A DNA stretch of 64,000 nt, taken from positions 77,810,001-77,874,000 of the forward strand of contig OZ038378.1 of the NCBI GenBank assembly GCA_964036045.1, given 5' to 3'. Positions 38,875-52,299 of this stretch are shown piece by piece. The notes under the pieces were generated by a model. The model searched no databases and had not been told where the DNA came from. It saw nothing but the letters and a program-made list of their open reading frames with translations. A program made the translations under genes and the position numbers. The DNA comes from Eutreptiella sp. 'Long Island Sound 2002'. Taxonomy: Eukaryota > Protista > Euglenida. Position 1 is the stretch's first letter; each line of letters begins with the position of its first letter.

Positions 38875-40150
38875 TAACGAGGCGCAGGGGGGGGGTTGGC
38901 GCTAACGAGGCGCACGGGGGGGTGTGTGCAAACGAGGCGCGCGGGGGGCGTTGGCGCTAGCGAGGCGCGCGGGGGGATTTGGCGCGCTAACGAGGCACGC
39001 GCGGGGGGGTTTTGCGTGCCAACGAGGCGCGCGGGGCGGGGTTTGGTGCGCTAACGAGGCGTACGGGGGGGGGGGGTTGGCGCTAACGAGGCGCGTAGTC
39101 CACATACAAGTCCGTGCATACACAAGGCGGTGCACACAAAAGGCGGTCCGTAGCCACCGCAGGAGTCTTGTTATTTAAGGGGCCATAGGCAAGGCGGTAC
39201 AAACACAACGCGGTGCACACAAAAGGCGGTCTGTAGCCACCGCACGAGTCTTGTTATTTAAGGGGCCACGGGCACGGCGGTGCACACAGAAGGCAGTACA
39301 CACACAAGGCGGTACACACACAAGGCGATCTGTAGCCACTACAGGAGTCTTGTTATTTAAGGGGGGTCCACCGGTGTCCCCCGCATCTAGCGGAGCGAGC
39401 CGTAATCCACATACAAGGCGGTGTTTATACAAGGTGGTGTAGATTCAAGGCGGTGCACACACAAGGCGGTGCACACAAAAGGCGGTCTGTAGCCACCGTA
39501 GGAGGCTTGTTATTTAAGGGGGGTGCGGGGGTGTCCCCCGCATCGAGCGAAGCGAGCCAAAGTTGAGGGAGGTCAACATACAAGGCAGTGCATGGGGGGG
39601 GGGGGGTTGGCGCGCCAACCAGGTGCACGGGGTGGGGGGATTGGGCGCGAATGAGGCGCACGGGGGGGAGGTGGGGGGGGGGGGCGCTAATGAGGCGCAC
39701 GGGGAGGCGTTTGGCGCGCTAGCGAGGTGCACGGGGGGGTGGGCGCTAACGAGGCGCACGGTGGGGGGTTTGGCGCTGACGAGGTGCACGGGGGGGGTTT
39801 AGCGCTAACGAGGCGCACGGGGGGGGGGTTTGGCGCGGGGGGGGGGGAGTTGGCGCTAACGAGGCGCAGTGGGGGGGGTGGCCCTAACGAGGCGCAGTGG
39901 GGGGGGGGGGGGTGGCACTAACGAGGCGCACGGGGGGGGTTGGTGCTAACGAGGTGCACCGGGCGGGGGGGGGGGGGGGGGTTGGCACTAACGAGGTGCA
40001 CGGGGGGGTTGGGTGTGGGGGGGGGGGGGGGGTTGGCGCTAACAAGGCATGGGGGGGGGGGTTGGCGCTAACGAGGCGCACGGGGAGGGGCAGGTTTGGC
40101 GCTACCGAGGCGCACGGGGGGGGGGGGGGTGGCGCTAACGAGGCGCGCGC
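38875..40150 (+). repeat. GC-rich minisatellite (ttggcgctaacgaggcgcacgggggg) interrupted by a second repeat at about 39100-39580
   Basis: Dozens of ggcgctaacgaggcgc cores separated by G-runs; the insert has 4 copies of aaggcggtctgtagccacc...ttgttatttaagggg. Confidence 0.92.
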
Positions 40151-42774
40151 CGAGCTGGATTTGCGTCTCGCATAACGAGGCGTGCAGTTTCAGCCAAACA
40201 CTCACCAACCTGTCTTTTGCCCCACCATGCACGTGCCTGGCTTCTTTTATTTTTGGGGCTGATGGGTTGTATGCATTGTGTCGGTGACAGTATCAAGGGA
40301 TCAAGGTGTAGCGATTGGAGTGTAGGTGAATGGTAAATTGTAAGTGGATAACAAATAAAGCAACAACATCATGGGCTAAACGGAAGAAGTGATATTAGTG
40401 GATGTGATGTTGCCCCCCCTCCCCTCTGCCCACAACAATGCGCGCTCACACCATGCCGGATGCCGCCCCAGACTGCAGCAAAGAGTGGCCACAACCCCAA
40501 TATGTCTACTGGGATTGCGGGCTGTGTGAGCCGCCTCAATTGCAGGGCGAAGGGGCCTGTGTGCAAGACCCAAGCAAGCCGAGAAGGCGAAGGGGACCGT
40601 GCACCACTATGGCTGTCCCCTCCCCGCGCGCCCAAGCAACTATTGCAACACCCACCATCCATCCACCCACCATCCACAGACCTATGTCTTGGGCTTTTGA
40701 CGTCGACGTGCTTGATTGGCTGTCCGCATGAGAAGTCCTTGGACTCCATATCCACAGAGATGCCCCCCTCCCCCTTGGGACAGTGACGCAAAAAAACCAC
40801 TGTGTGCCATGTGGTCCCCCCAACCACCACTCGTGACACCGCCACCAACCCCACCTCCCCTCTTTCCCCACCCACATATGCTGCGCCATACACACCTGAG
40901 CGCTTGATCCTATGCCCTACACCCCACTTGTCCCCAGTCCCCCACCAAAGTTAGTACCCAGCAACTGGCCCACCCCAGCCCCAGGCTCTTACGGGGACCC
41001 CCTAACATGGCTCATTGAGCACCTACTGTCATGGCCACTGGCTAGGTTGGAAGGTCAAGTTGACGGGGGCCTACCTCTACGCCGTCCGCCATCGTGGGCA
41101 CATGCAACTGTGGCTGCAAGGGGATTGGGTGTACGGGCGCCACTTTGTCCCCCGCAGTGTGGAGTACACATACCTCATTACTAGCCGCCTTGATCCAAGT
41201 CCTTGGCGCGCGAGAATTACCTGCGACTCTTCGCCACCCCCGGCACCTCCACCGTTGCCCCTAGGATAGCCCACATTGCACACGATGATGCGGCCCCACG
41301 CCACTTCACTGCTGCCCTTGCACCATTGCCTGCTACCAACGCGGCTGGCCAATCAGCGCACTTCACTCCTTCCGGCTGCAGCGATTCGTAGCGCCTATGC
41401 ACCACAACCAACCTAAGAGGCACACCCAGGCGAGGCGTAGGATTGATCTAGATACTGTCACCCTCACACAAATGGCACGGGGTGAGATGCGGCCCAGACC
41501 GAAGCCGGCTGCCAAAAGGGCCCCCCAAGAACGGCTGCGCCCCTACCGTCATCGTGCCCATCGTCCCCATGTCGCCCAACCGCAACACCAAGGCGAGGGT
41601 TGGGCACACCCACCTGTGTCCGTCCGTGATAGGTTTGTCCTGTGTGGGTGCTGGCCTAGCTGTTTGTCCTGCTCATGTAGGTTTCCTAGAACACCTTGCT
41701 TGTGTAATGGAGCCAGCACCAGCATGTGTAGGCAATGGACTATAGGGTGGGTGAGTTTTTAACGTAGGATGTGTGAATGTTGATGCACCACCAAAGGACA
41801 ATTTGGCCCCTGCTCATGTGCGAGCAGTCCAACATGCGTTGACTGCCCTATGCTTGAGTCACTAGCCCCTGTCGTATCTGTCGTATCTGGAACCAAAAAT
41901 AATGGGTGTCTTTGTGGACAGGATTCTCCCCACCCATTTGAAACGGAAGGCAAGTGACACCACTGTCGCCACGGGAACGGTCCGCTGCCTTCATGTTGAA
42001 GACAAAACAGCACGCGAATCTACCGGAAACACCGACGTCAAAACATGAGCTAAGCTTAGGGATTCGGTTCCGTCACATCAAGATACACGCCCCCCACCCA
42101 ATACGCAGGAGACCCCGCATTCAATGACTTTGAGGAGGAGCAACGTCACAAAACGTACCACACCCTCCGTTCAACCCTCTCTAGTCCTTATAGTGGGTAC
42201 CATTGGGTCACTAAGGTCGCCGAAAATGCCGACATAGCAAAAATGACTAAAACTGTAGAGAAATTTTTTCACGCATTTCTTTACAATATTTCAACACGTT
42301 TTCTGATCCATTTTGAACAGCAGTGTCGCTGTCATATATTTAGATGATGAGATATATCCTACCACACTTTGTGGCCGACACCTGAACAATTGAGATGTCT
42401 ACGGTAGATAATATATATGTTTACTATCAACTGCATCAGCGCTTGTCCCACTCCGCTCCACACAAACCTTATGGAGTTGGGATGCAAAAACACTTTTTCA
42501 GTTCAAAATTAAAAGAAACCAAAAGATTCGTGATCTTTGACCCTCCAAAGAGGGGGGGTCATTTTTTCGACATTTTTGCCCCCCCCCCCCCGCCCGCCCA
42601 AGCCCCGCCCCCACCTCAATAAAGTAGGTTTCAAGTGGCGGGGGGGTGTCCGGATCAAAAACTCATTGGGGGATGCGTTTGTTGGACAAAATAATGATTT
42701 TACAACGGGTTAAACAAACAATTCAACACCTTGAGGTAGGCTACGCGAATAAGCCCCCAAAAAAGGGTATGTGG

Positions 42775-43550
42775 GGGTGATCATTTGGTGACAATACGGG
42801 TACTTGAGCACCCGTGGGGAACCACGTAGTGGCCGCTACGCCCATGTAGCATGGACACCCCCCTCCCCTTGAAAGCCCCAAAATTGCTGCTGTTTAGTTT
42901 GGATGGTGGCACTTGAAAATTTTCCAAAATTTGACCTTTTCCGAAATATTTCTGTCGCCCTTGGGGTGGGTTTGGGTGGTGACAATAGGGATGCTTCGGC
43001 ACTCATCAGGTCCCATGTAGTGGCCGCTAGGCCTATGTAGCCCGTGCTCTTCTCTTGTCTCTCCTCAGGATGTCTTGCCAAAGGTTGGATAATGAGCTAA
43101 CATACTTTTGATTTGAAGGGAGCCATTTGGCCACATGGCTTCTACACATCAAATACAACAAATCCACCAAAAGGAGAAGGGTTTCGGAAAAAGTTGAATT
43201 TTCAAAAATGAGAGCCACAAAACAAACTAAACAAGGGTCATTTTGGTGCTTTTGGGGTGCCCATGGCCCATGCTACATGGGCCTAGCGGCCACTACGTGG
43301 GTCTTCATGAGCGCTGAAGTATCTGTATTGTCACCAAATGACCACCCAAACCCATCCCAGGACAGGACTATTTCGTAAAAATTTGAATTTGCAAAATTTT
43401 TCAAGTGCCACTAGATAGCCTAAACAACAGCAATCTTGGAGTTTTTGGGAGGAGGGGGCGGGGATGGCCAGGGTTGCATGGGTCCAGCAGCCGCTGCGTG
43501 GGTTCCCATGGCCGCTCAAGTACCTCATTTGTCACCAAATGATCACCCAA
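42775..43550. mobile_element. Foldback/MITE-like long imperfect inverted repeat
   Basis: 42781-43040 (tcatttggtgacaa...gtggcacttgaaaatttt...gggtttgggtggt) matches the reverse complement of 43265-43545; no coding capacity. Confidence 0.7.
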
Positions 43551-44324
43551 ACGCATCCCAAGCTTGACCTCCAACTGACAGCATGTTGGAGGAATAGGGG
43601 CAAATCCACCCTATGCAGCCTCGCCAGACGTTGGTGAAAACATGGCAAATGACACAAAATCAAAAAATCTGAACAGACAACGCCAGGTCAGGCTCCAAAA
43701 CCTTCAAAATAAATTCACTACCCTCAAAATAGGGGGGCAAGGGACCCCTCACCCTGTGACTCCTCAAACTTCATCCAATGGACTGCTCGTGGACGGGTTC
43801 GAGAGGGATCGATCCCCCCCGAAAATGGCCATATGTGGTGTATCCTCTGAGCCAAAATGCAGTATCCTTATTTTTTCTTTTTTTTTTCCAATCATTATCT
43901 TCTTCTTATGCGCTAGCTTCCAACCCAAGGAAAGTTGAAACTGATGATGATGGAGCATCAATGTCATGACTGTGTGTTTCCACAAAAAATGTGCATAGCA
44001 CCCATTATTTGGGTGCTTTTGGCAGACCCAACTTCAAGACCACTCAACCATTGAACCATCAATTTCTGCTCAGCGGGCAAACAATGTGGGCACAATGGCT
44101 AAAATGCCCCCTGGGATCACACCTGGGGACACCAATAAACTGACATGCACTGGCTGCTTGAGGCGGCTGGGTGCGTTATCCTGCTGGTGCACCGGCTAGA
44201 CCGCAGTGCGGTTTTGGACGATTTGTGACTCCAAGATCCATGGTGTGGGCCAACCCAACCACATACCCCTGCTGTGGGCCAAAGCGCAGCTCTCCCCCTG
44301 CTTTCCCATTTGCACCATGTTTAG

Positions 44325-44497
44325 GCACTGTACTGTATATGTCCCCTGAGAGGTTGGCCGGCTGCGACTACTCATATCCAGCAGATATCTGGTCCTTGGG
44401 GTTGACACTGATTCAGTTGGCGAGTGGAAAGCACCCATATGCCAAATTGCATGACAAAGCGACATTCTGGGACGTGCTGAAGTGCATCGAGGATGAG
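44325..44497 (+). CDS. MAP2K exon: [38 protein letters not shown]...IEDE
   Basis: YMSPER and DIWSLG-x6-A-x-G-x-x-PY are STE7-type subdomains VIII-IX; AG and GT boundaries are in phase. Confidence 0.95.
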
Positions 44498-44735
44498 GTC
44501 TCAATAGCTTCCAAATCTAGCCCCAGAATAATTCTCTTTTGCCTCACTCGTCTGCTCCTCCCCACATGAACAGTGATGGAGGCACCACGTTTCATAGCAC
44601 GTGTTCCTGAGTGGGTGTACATTAAATCAAATCCATCATATGTAACGGGCTGTCCACATTGGATCGATTCCACGCTGCTTTCACAGCCTGTACTGCATGC
44701 AGGCCCCTGCCCTCCGACTCTTGTACTCTCTACAG

Positions 44736-44915
44736 GCCCCTCCTTCCCTGCCGCAAGACAAGATCTTCTCCCAGAGTTTCCGCACGTTCGTCAGCCGCTG
44801 CCTTGAGCGCAGCCCCCAGCAGCGCAGCACTGTCACAGACCTGATGGACCACCCTTTTGTGGCTGAAATTTCGGACGAAGATGCACAGGCTGTGTGCAAG
44901 GAGTGGTTTCCGCAG
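44736..44915 (+). CDS. MAP2K exon: APPSLPQDKIFSQSFRTFVSRCLERSPQQRSTVTDLMDHPFV...WFPQ
   Basis: ctacag|GCC ... CCG CAG|gtgcac, 60 codons; subdomain XI pattern F-x2-F-x3-CL-x5-R-x5-L-x2-HPF. Confidence 0.92.
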
Positions 44916-45240
44916 GTGCACAGGGTGCTGCGTTCATTTCAGTGGCCAGTGTACAGGGCGCGAGCCCACAAGTATGCTGGGACCCTGCTGCCCTGCTGCA
45001 TGCGGTGAGTGAGTTTTACCCAGGACTTGGGTAGCCCAAGGCAAGGGTTTGCATCCCCCAAGGCTGTGTGCAGGCACTGACCCACATAAGTTTGCAGCAG
45101 TTCGCAGGCAACGAACCCTACAGGGTTCGCAGTTTGCAGGGGTGGACTTTGAAAATCGCAGCTGGGATGTGCAGCGAGTGATTCCATGCACTATTGCACA
45201 GTGTGCAGGCCCTTGTTTGCAGCCCCACTCACCTCCCCAG

Positions 45241-45342
45241 GTACACAAGAAAATGAAGGTGGCTGAGAGGGAGATGCAGGCCCAACACCAGAAGGCAATG
45301 GATCTTGCAGAGCAGCTTCTGGCCTCTGCCATTGGCTCCTGA
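45241..45342 (+). CDS. MAP2K terminal exon VHKKMKVAEREMQAQHQKAMDLAEQLLASAIGS*
   Basis: cctccccag|GTA CAC AAG; phase 0, helical tail, ends in TGA. Confidence 0.7.
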   Translation, partial: VHKKMKVAEREMQAQHQKAMDLAEQLLASAIGS

Positions 45343-46479
45343 TTGCAGCTGCAACATCAGTATGCCCCGAGTGCATGGTGTTCAAGTTTTTTATGAGCCT
45401 CTCATTTCGACCCACTTCGGGAGGCAGGTGCATTTGCATGTGCTGTTGATACAGCCTTAGCAGGTTTTTTCCAGAGTTGCAGTTTTGTGGCTCGGAGTTC
45501 TGAACTGCCCTTGACAATAGGGCTGTCCCAGCCACGAGCAGAGGCATAGTGCGGATTTTCAAAGAACACACCATAACACACTATAGCAGCACACAACTTA
45601 TAACATTACGGATCCACACCACACCATACCGTGCCGCATCATGCCATGCCATTCGACGCCACGCCATGCCACGCCACGCCACAAGGTATCATGGTTCCAC
45701 CACTGATTGGAATAACGTGCATGATAATGAACGATGGCGAATTCTGGCACTTTTCCCAAGTGACGGCAAGTGGCAATCAATAATGACAAATCAAATCACT
45801 AAATTTACATTCGTGGATTGTCAACCAGTTTCTGATGGTCATTGTGCACCCTTTTTCAACGCAGCACCCCATTCAGGCTCCCACGCACCTGCATGAACGT
45901 CTCGTGGGCGCACAACCATACCAAAACGGTTTATGTGTTTTGGGAAGCATCAGATTGTTCACACTGTGGGAATCTCCCCACAGGGCACCACTGAGTTTTT
46001 CGCTCAAAACTTGGATTTGGCCACGCCACCACCTAGGCTCTAGGATGGATAGAGTACAGCCGAGTCCGAAGCGTTGAAAGGGAGTGATGGCCAAAATGGC
46101 ATGATGACGTGTTGTTGCTTGCTTCCTTGCTTGTTGCTTGCTTGTTGTTAGCTAGATTCAGGGAGAGGGGTGTAGTAATATGTGCATACGGCCGATATAG
46201 CTACCCCCCTTTACCCCGGGCCAACGGGTGCGCTTTGGTGCGTGACTAGGGACCTCCCCTCCTATTTTGGGGTTGTGAAACACAAAAAAAATAGGATCAC
46301 AACAAAATTCTAAAAATAGCCCTTTTGCAACACAAATATGCATTCGAACCCCTACACATAAAGTGGGCTTGTGTTGTACATTGTCCTTCACTGTGATGGT
46401 TCAAAATGCATTATTAGGGCCCGCAGGGAAACGGGGCTATTTATAGTTCGGTTGTTAGGATTTTGGCAGCTGTGATGTA

Positions 46480-46870
46480 CTTGACAACTTGGGATGCTCA
46501 AACAAGTGTGTTTTAGCCCGTTTTGAGCCCTTGGTGGCGCGTTTTGGCCCATGGAAAATCCCAACGTGCCTCAAAAATGGGCTGTTTTGGGACCAAAAAT
46601 GGGTCAAAAATTGGTCAAAAGCACGTTTTCCAAAAGTGATCCTAGACCATTTGGGGTGCACAAAACAAGTGAAACGAGCCCAATTTGAGCCCGTTTGGAG
46701 CCATTTTGGCCCCTCTAAGATCCCAAAAAGCCTTGAAAATGGGCCATTTTGTGACCAAAAAACCCGCGTCAAAAAAGGGGTCAAAAATGTGTTTTTCGAA
46801 AAACAATCTTGGACCTTTTGGGGTGCTGAACTGGGATAATTGTGCCATTTCGAGCCTATTTTGACCTACT
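46480..46870 (+). repeat. Internally duplicated interspersed repeat
   Basis: ttttggccc..t..aa.atccca...gcct..aaaatgggc..tttt..gaccaaaaa..ggtcaaaaa..tttttc.aaaa..gatc.t.gacc.tttggg.tgc occurs twice, about 170 bp apart. Confidence 0.8.
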
Positions 46871-47129
46871 TAGCCCATTTTGCCACATGTACGCACCAAG
46901 TTGGACACTTCTCACGTACCTTAGAGCCGTATTGTGGAGCCACCCTAAAAATCCTTATTTTCAGCCCTTCCCACACCTTTGTAGCGGGCATCAGGCAGTG
47001 TAAACCTTTCAAATGCATTCTACTACATGTGTTTTTTTGTGTTTCCCGACCCCTGAGTAGTGGGGCTGTCCTTAGCCCCGACGTAGGGTGCACCGGTATG
47101 CCTAGGGTGTGGGGGGGGATGGCCGAATA

Positions 47130-47720
47130 AGCCATATATACATATATGGCATGTTTCCTCCAGTGTATCTACCAAGGTGTACTAGGTGCACTTTGGGAGG
47201 GAAGTAGGGACCCCCCCCCCATTTTGGGATCGGCACACACAAAAAAAATGTTTCAGAAGTGAATGGGATGGTTTTTTCGTGGGTGTTTGCTTGTATATAG
47301 AGCTCGTGATGGCCAAAAATAGGGTATGGCATCTCTACTACTAGGGTCTTAACCAAAGTACTAAAAATAGGTAAGTTGCCGGTCCAAACTTGTAGTACTA
47401 GCTCTTTCCATGCCAAATATGAGTTTGAGGATCATCAAAATGGACATGAGAAGATTTAGTGGTTATTTTAGTATTGGGGTTATGATCTCAGTAGTAGTGG
47501 TGGCATGCCCTATTTTAGCCATCGGGAGCCCTTGATAGGGGCAAATACCCACGAAGACCCCTGCAACTCACTTCCCAAACGTGTCTTTTTGTGTTTTTTG
47601 ACCCTGGGATACATGGGTGGGGTCCATACTTCCGTCCCAAAGTGCACGTTGTACCCCTACACCCAGGTAGATACACTGCAGGAGTTATACCACAAATGCA
47701 AATGTATACATATATGGGCG
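47130..47720. mobile_element. Foldback/MITE-like long imperfect inverted repeat
   Basis: cagtgtatctacc...gtgcactttggga.ggaagta.ggacccc and gatggc.aaaatagggy.tg.ca.c.ctactact are mirrored at 47615-47720 and 47460-47530; spacer of about 90 bp. Confidence 0.7.
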
Positions 47721-49604
47721 TTTTGCCCGGGGGGGGGGGGGGCTTTTGATGCTAAGTGGGAGGTTTTTTGGCCGTTTTTTTTATTCTCTCATTGATGTTG
47801 GTGGATCTACTGGTGACAATTTGGGACCCCCTTTTTTGGACGTGGAGAATTCAAAAATCAATGTTTCGGGTTGATTTGAAACATTGATTTAGGGGTCAGG
47901 GGGAAGCCCGCAACTCGGCCGCTTTCTGCAAAATTCTGCTTGTTCTTGCCTACTTGGGCTTTATCAAGGGCAACCCTTCCTTGCTACTGCCCTTGTTCCA
48001 GCATGTTGTAAGTTCATCCAAAAATGAAACGGGGTAACCTTATGGAGTTTTATGTGCCGAATTCAAAAATGCAAGACTTTCGGCCCAAGGAAACGACATG
48101 TTTGAGGAATTGTCCAATATTTGCCCTTGGGCGTCTGCTACATGGGTATAGTTCAGAGTCAAACCAATGTCACACACAACTCTACGGTAGCAAATTGGCA
48201 ATGTCTCTTTCATGTTGTTTCCTAGAGCCGTACAACCTTCATCTTTGGATTCAACACATCAAATTTCACAAAGTGACCTCTTTTCACTTTTGGATGGAAT
48301 GAGAACATGTTGGAGCAATGCCCATGGGAATTTTTGGATCATGCCACACGCACACAGCTTAGCGGCAAAAAAACCCTACAAATCCTGAAACACTAAAAAG
48401 TTCGGCTACGGTACTCAAAGATGTGGTCTCCTGACCCCCCTCCCCCAACCCATACCATTCCGAAATAGCCTTTTCTTGGAGGTTTCGGAAAGGTATGGCA
48501 TACCCCCCCCCCCTCCGCTAAGGCGGCTCTAAGCCAGTCACAAATGGTTGCCGCAAATGAACCGGAGGGTCCATTTTCAAAACTGACTGTACACCCCCCT
48601 TTTTTTAACACTGTTTCATTGCCCTGAAGAATCAGATGTGTCACTGCATAGTAGCGCGTTGATGCAGAGAGTTGTATACATCACATAGAGTGTACGGAAC
48701 ATTTATTAACTTGTGTACCTACAGAGGGTCATTGTAACCCTTTTCTTTCACATGCTCTTTTTGTTCTGTTATTTACTTTTCAGATACACAATACGAGCAT
48801 GCTTGTCATGGATATTGGCAACAAGACTGGAGCGTTCCTGTTCCCAAATTATTCTACTACTTGCACATCCTACTATGTTTGCTGCTTTGCCCCCTGTACT
48901 ACCCTGCCATGTTTTACGGAGTTTGCGTTCAAGAACACTCTGCAGAGCGTTCTTTCAACTAAAATCCATTTCAAACACCCCCCATGCAATGATTCTACAT
49001 TGTTGTGTTTGCCCTTGTTGTTTGGTTTGTTGTTGAGTGTGATTAACAGCCGTAGCACTCATTACTTCAATGTTGTGAACAGATTTCCGTTTAACGTATT
49101 AATATTTACCCACATATTAAACCATATTGACTTTGATGTGGGGTTTTAGGGTAATAATATTCAGTGCGGACAAGCACCATACCTTGCGGCAGTTGAGATA
49201 ATGCAGCATCCACGCAATAAATGACCAAGATGCCAAGCAGCAAGAGAACCCAAAGTTGTCTTTGTCAATTGAGGTATTCCTCAGTGGACGGCAGCAACAC
49301 GACATTAGCGAAAGCGGCCTTGCGTGTCATTTTCTGTAAGGGGGTTGGGGGGATGGGGCTTTTACCCGGGCCGATGTACAAAAATATTAAGATTGTGCTC
49401 GGCATTAGTATTTGCTTTTAATTTGTCCATTGATATTTGAAATATTAAAAATTAAGGGGTTGCCAGCATTAGTATTCAACGAGCACATATTAAACGGTTT
49501 CCGCCAAAAGTTAGCGTCTCTATACATGCACAAAGACGCAACACACATACTCACCGGTGCTCTCATACATTTTGTAAACCAACTCGGGGTGTTGTGTCTG
49601 TCTT

Positions 49605-50235
49605 TTAGACCTCTTGTGAACCCTCCTTGGGGTCCCATAGTGCCGTCATCAGGTTAGTGGGAGTGTAGGCTTCGGGGTCGGTCTTCTTTTTTTCTTCGGG
49701 GGCGGTCTTCTTGTTCTCTTCAGGGTTAGTCGGGGGGTTAGCTTTGGGTCTGGGGTCGGCGGGGGCTTTGTTGGGATGGGGTTTGGGGGTCTTCTTGCCC
49801 ACCTCTAGGAGCTGTGCGTTTGCTTCGTCGGCGGAGCCGAAAAGGAGGTGTCGCTCCACTTTGTAAACTGTGTTGTGGTTTGGGTATTGCACCCCTACAA
49901 CGCCGCTCTTCCGACGGTGGACACGGGTGACGGTGCCCACCTCCACCCCTGTTCTCTTCGGGGTTAGTCGGGGGGTTAGCTTTGGGTCTGGGGTCGGCGG
50001 GGGCTTTCTTGGGATGGGGTTTGGGGGTCTTCTTCTCCACTTCTAGGAGCTGTTCGTTGGCTTCGTCGGCGGAGCCGAAAAGGAGGTGTTGCTCCACTTT
50101 GTAAATGTGTTGTCGTTTGGGTAATGCACCCCTACAACACCGCTCTTCCGATGGTGGACACCGGTCACGGTGCCCACCTCCACCCCGCCCGTGTACGCGA
50201 CCTGGCTGCGGGTCCCAACGATGAGATCGTTGCAA
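49605..50235 (-). pseudogene. Tudor/SH3-barrel-like module, tandemly duplicated (237-bp period), followed by a Pro/Lys-rich tail
   Basis: IVGTRSQVAYTGGVEVGTVTGVHHRKSGVVGVHYPND and EVGTVTRVHRRKSGVVGVQYPNHNTVYKVERHLLFG; gtgcccacctccacc at 49933 and 50170. Confidence 0.45.
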
Positions 50236-52299
50236 CCCGTGGTGTCTTTAACCCCTCCCCCCCACTTTGGGGCTGGGGTTGGCCTTGTTGACCTCGGTCT
50301 CTTTACCCCCCCCCCCCCCCTTGGGGTTGGGATTTGGGCCGGCATTCCATTGCAACTCGGGGGGGCTCCAAGCATGTCCGAATAAGGGGGTGGGGGGTGT
50401 AACAAATAGGCTCGAAGGGCCAAGCTTTCAAATTTTGGACAATGATGTTTTCCGGAAATGTCAGGATGAGGGCAAAGGCATGCAACACACACGTGTGGAA
50501 TGGGGTGGAGTACGATTGAGGGTACCTCACGGCTTGGGATTTGAATCTAGCCAATCCTTAGGATAGAGCCGATAATTCCGAATATTTCGAAATTCTCTGT
50601 TCTTTTCCCAATATGAGAAGCGAGGGTGTTCGGATGATGGTATGTAGCCTTTTTTTTGTTGTGAGCGGATTTTCTTGATGTTGTGGCCTCTTTGCATTCA
50701 GCCATACCGGCTCTTGATGTGTTCCCATCTTACCAAGCCCAACAAGAGATTGAAGAAGGACGGAACATGGTGGTTTCTTCTAGTGTGCACCGGCAGCGCA
50801 AAATTAGAACAACTCAGGGCTGCACCTATACTCGAGCACCAAGGGACAATTGCATCATTTGGGATACCACCTAGAGGCAAGTTAGCAACAACAGGCACCT
50901 ATAAAGCACCAAGAATCGCCAATAAGCATACCAAATCCGTATAGAAGTATTCCGGGGGATACACTTGGAATCGCACCATTTGCCTCACAAAGGTGTGTCA
51001 TTTTTCTAGGTGTTATAGTTGGAAGGACCTTTTGGCACGCTAGTTTCAGCGGATGCCATATGTTTGTAGGAGCAAAAAGCATCCTAGTAACCTCCAGGAA
51101 ATTGCAACCAGTGAAAGGTCCATAGGAAACAACAACCACTTGTCATCATCCATGTGTGTCGGGTATTTTGTGCCAAAAAATTTAATTCTATTTGAAAAAC
51201 TGGCGCCAAATTTTCTTTGGACCAAATTTTGCCATTCCAAATTTGGCACATACCATACCCTGGGCCCTCGGTAGCAACAAGCAGCCGAAATCCTCCTGCA
51301 ACCATTAGGAAGCCTCCAAGAAATATTTTGGTCGCGGTGCATCGGAAAGAGGTAGCCCCCCCCCCCCCCCACCACCACCAAAAAAAACACTCGAGTTAGG
51401 TGGTTTGAGTCAATGGGTGTAGTGGCAACTAAGGGGCACTGCGTGTTTGAGATATGATCTGTCAAATGTGTCTGGAATGTGGCATGGTAGAGTGTGGGGT
51501 TATGTTGGTGGGCCCATCCCCGAGAGTCTAATAAGGGGTTGGGGTGTTGGGAAATAGGCTTGGATGGCCCTCTCAAGAAAGGCAACATCGCGCTTAGAGG
51601 ACTTTCCCATGAGCTGCACATTGGCCAGGTCCATGTTGTTGCTATCGCTCATTATTTGTGTAATTGTTGCTGATGCTAATGTTGTTCATGTTGGTGTGAC
51701 TGGTGTTGTTCATGATGGTTTCATTGTGGCTATGGCTATGGCTATTGCTATTGCTGTTACTCCAAGATCCTAGAACAAGAACCTCCGTTACATCAATGTC
51801 AAATATTGCCACATATGCGTACCAAGACCCGCATGTGTGGTTCATTTTGTGGCTTGCTTGTGGTCCTGGTAGCAACAAGCGTCCAAAAGCCTCCGACAAC
51901 CATTGGGGTTAAGGGTGCATGGAAGAGGGGCAGCCTCCACGCACGACTATGGGCTAGGTGGTTTGAACTGGTGGATGCGGCGCTCTTCCCTAAGGGGGTT
52001 GGCAGTTTGCTTTTGAGGTATGATTGTTGGAATTTATGTGTGAGGTCATTTAGTGAGCCCAGCCCCGAGAGCCCAATAAGAGGGGTGTGTGTGTGGGAAA
52101 TAGGCTTGAAGGCCCCCCCCACCCGGAGTTGCAATGGATCCCGGGACTTGTTTTGATCGCCTCAGTCTCTTTACTCCCCCCCCCCCATTTGGGGCTAGAG
52201 GTTGCCTGGACGGCCTCGGTGTCTTTACCACCCCCCCACTCCTTGGCACTGGTGGTTGCCTTTGATGGCCTCGGTCTCTTTAGCCCCCCCCCCCCCCCC

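Larger units (their letters stand above)
33971..44324 (+). other. 10,354-nt GT-AG intron of the MAP2K gene, filled with repeats
   Basis: GTG G|gt ... ttag|GC ACT GTA joins SFVG to TVLYMSPER in frame. Confidence 0.88.
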
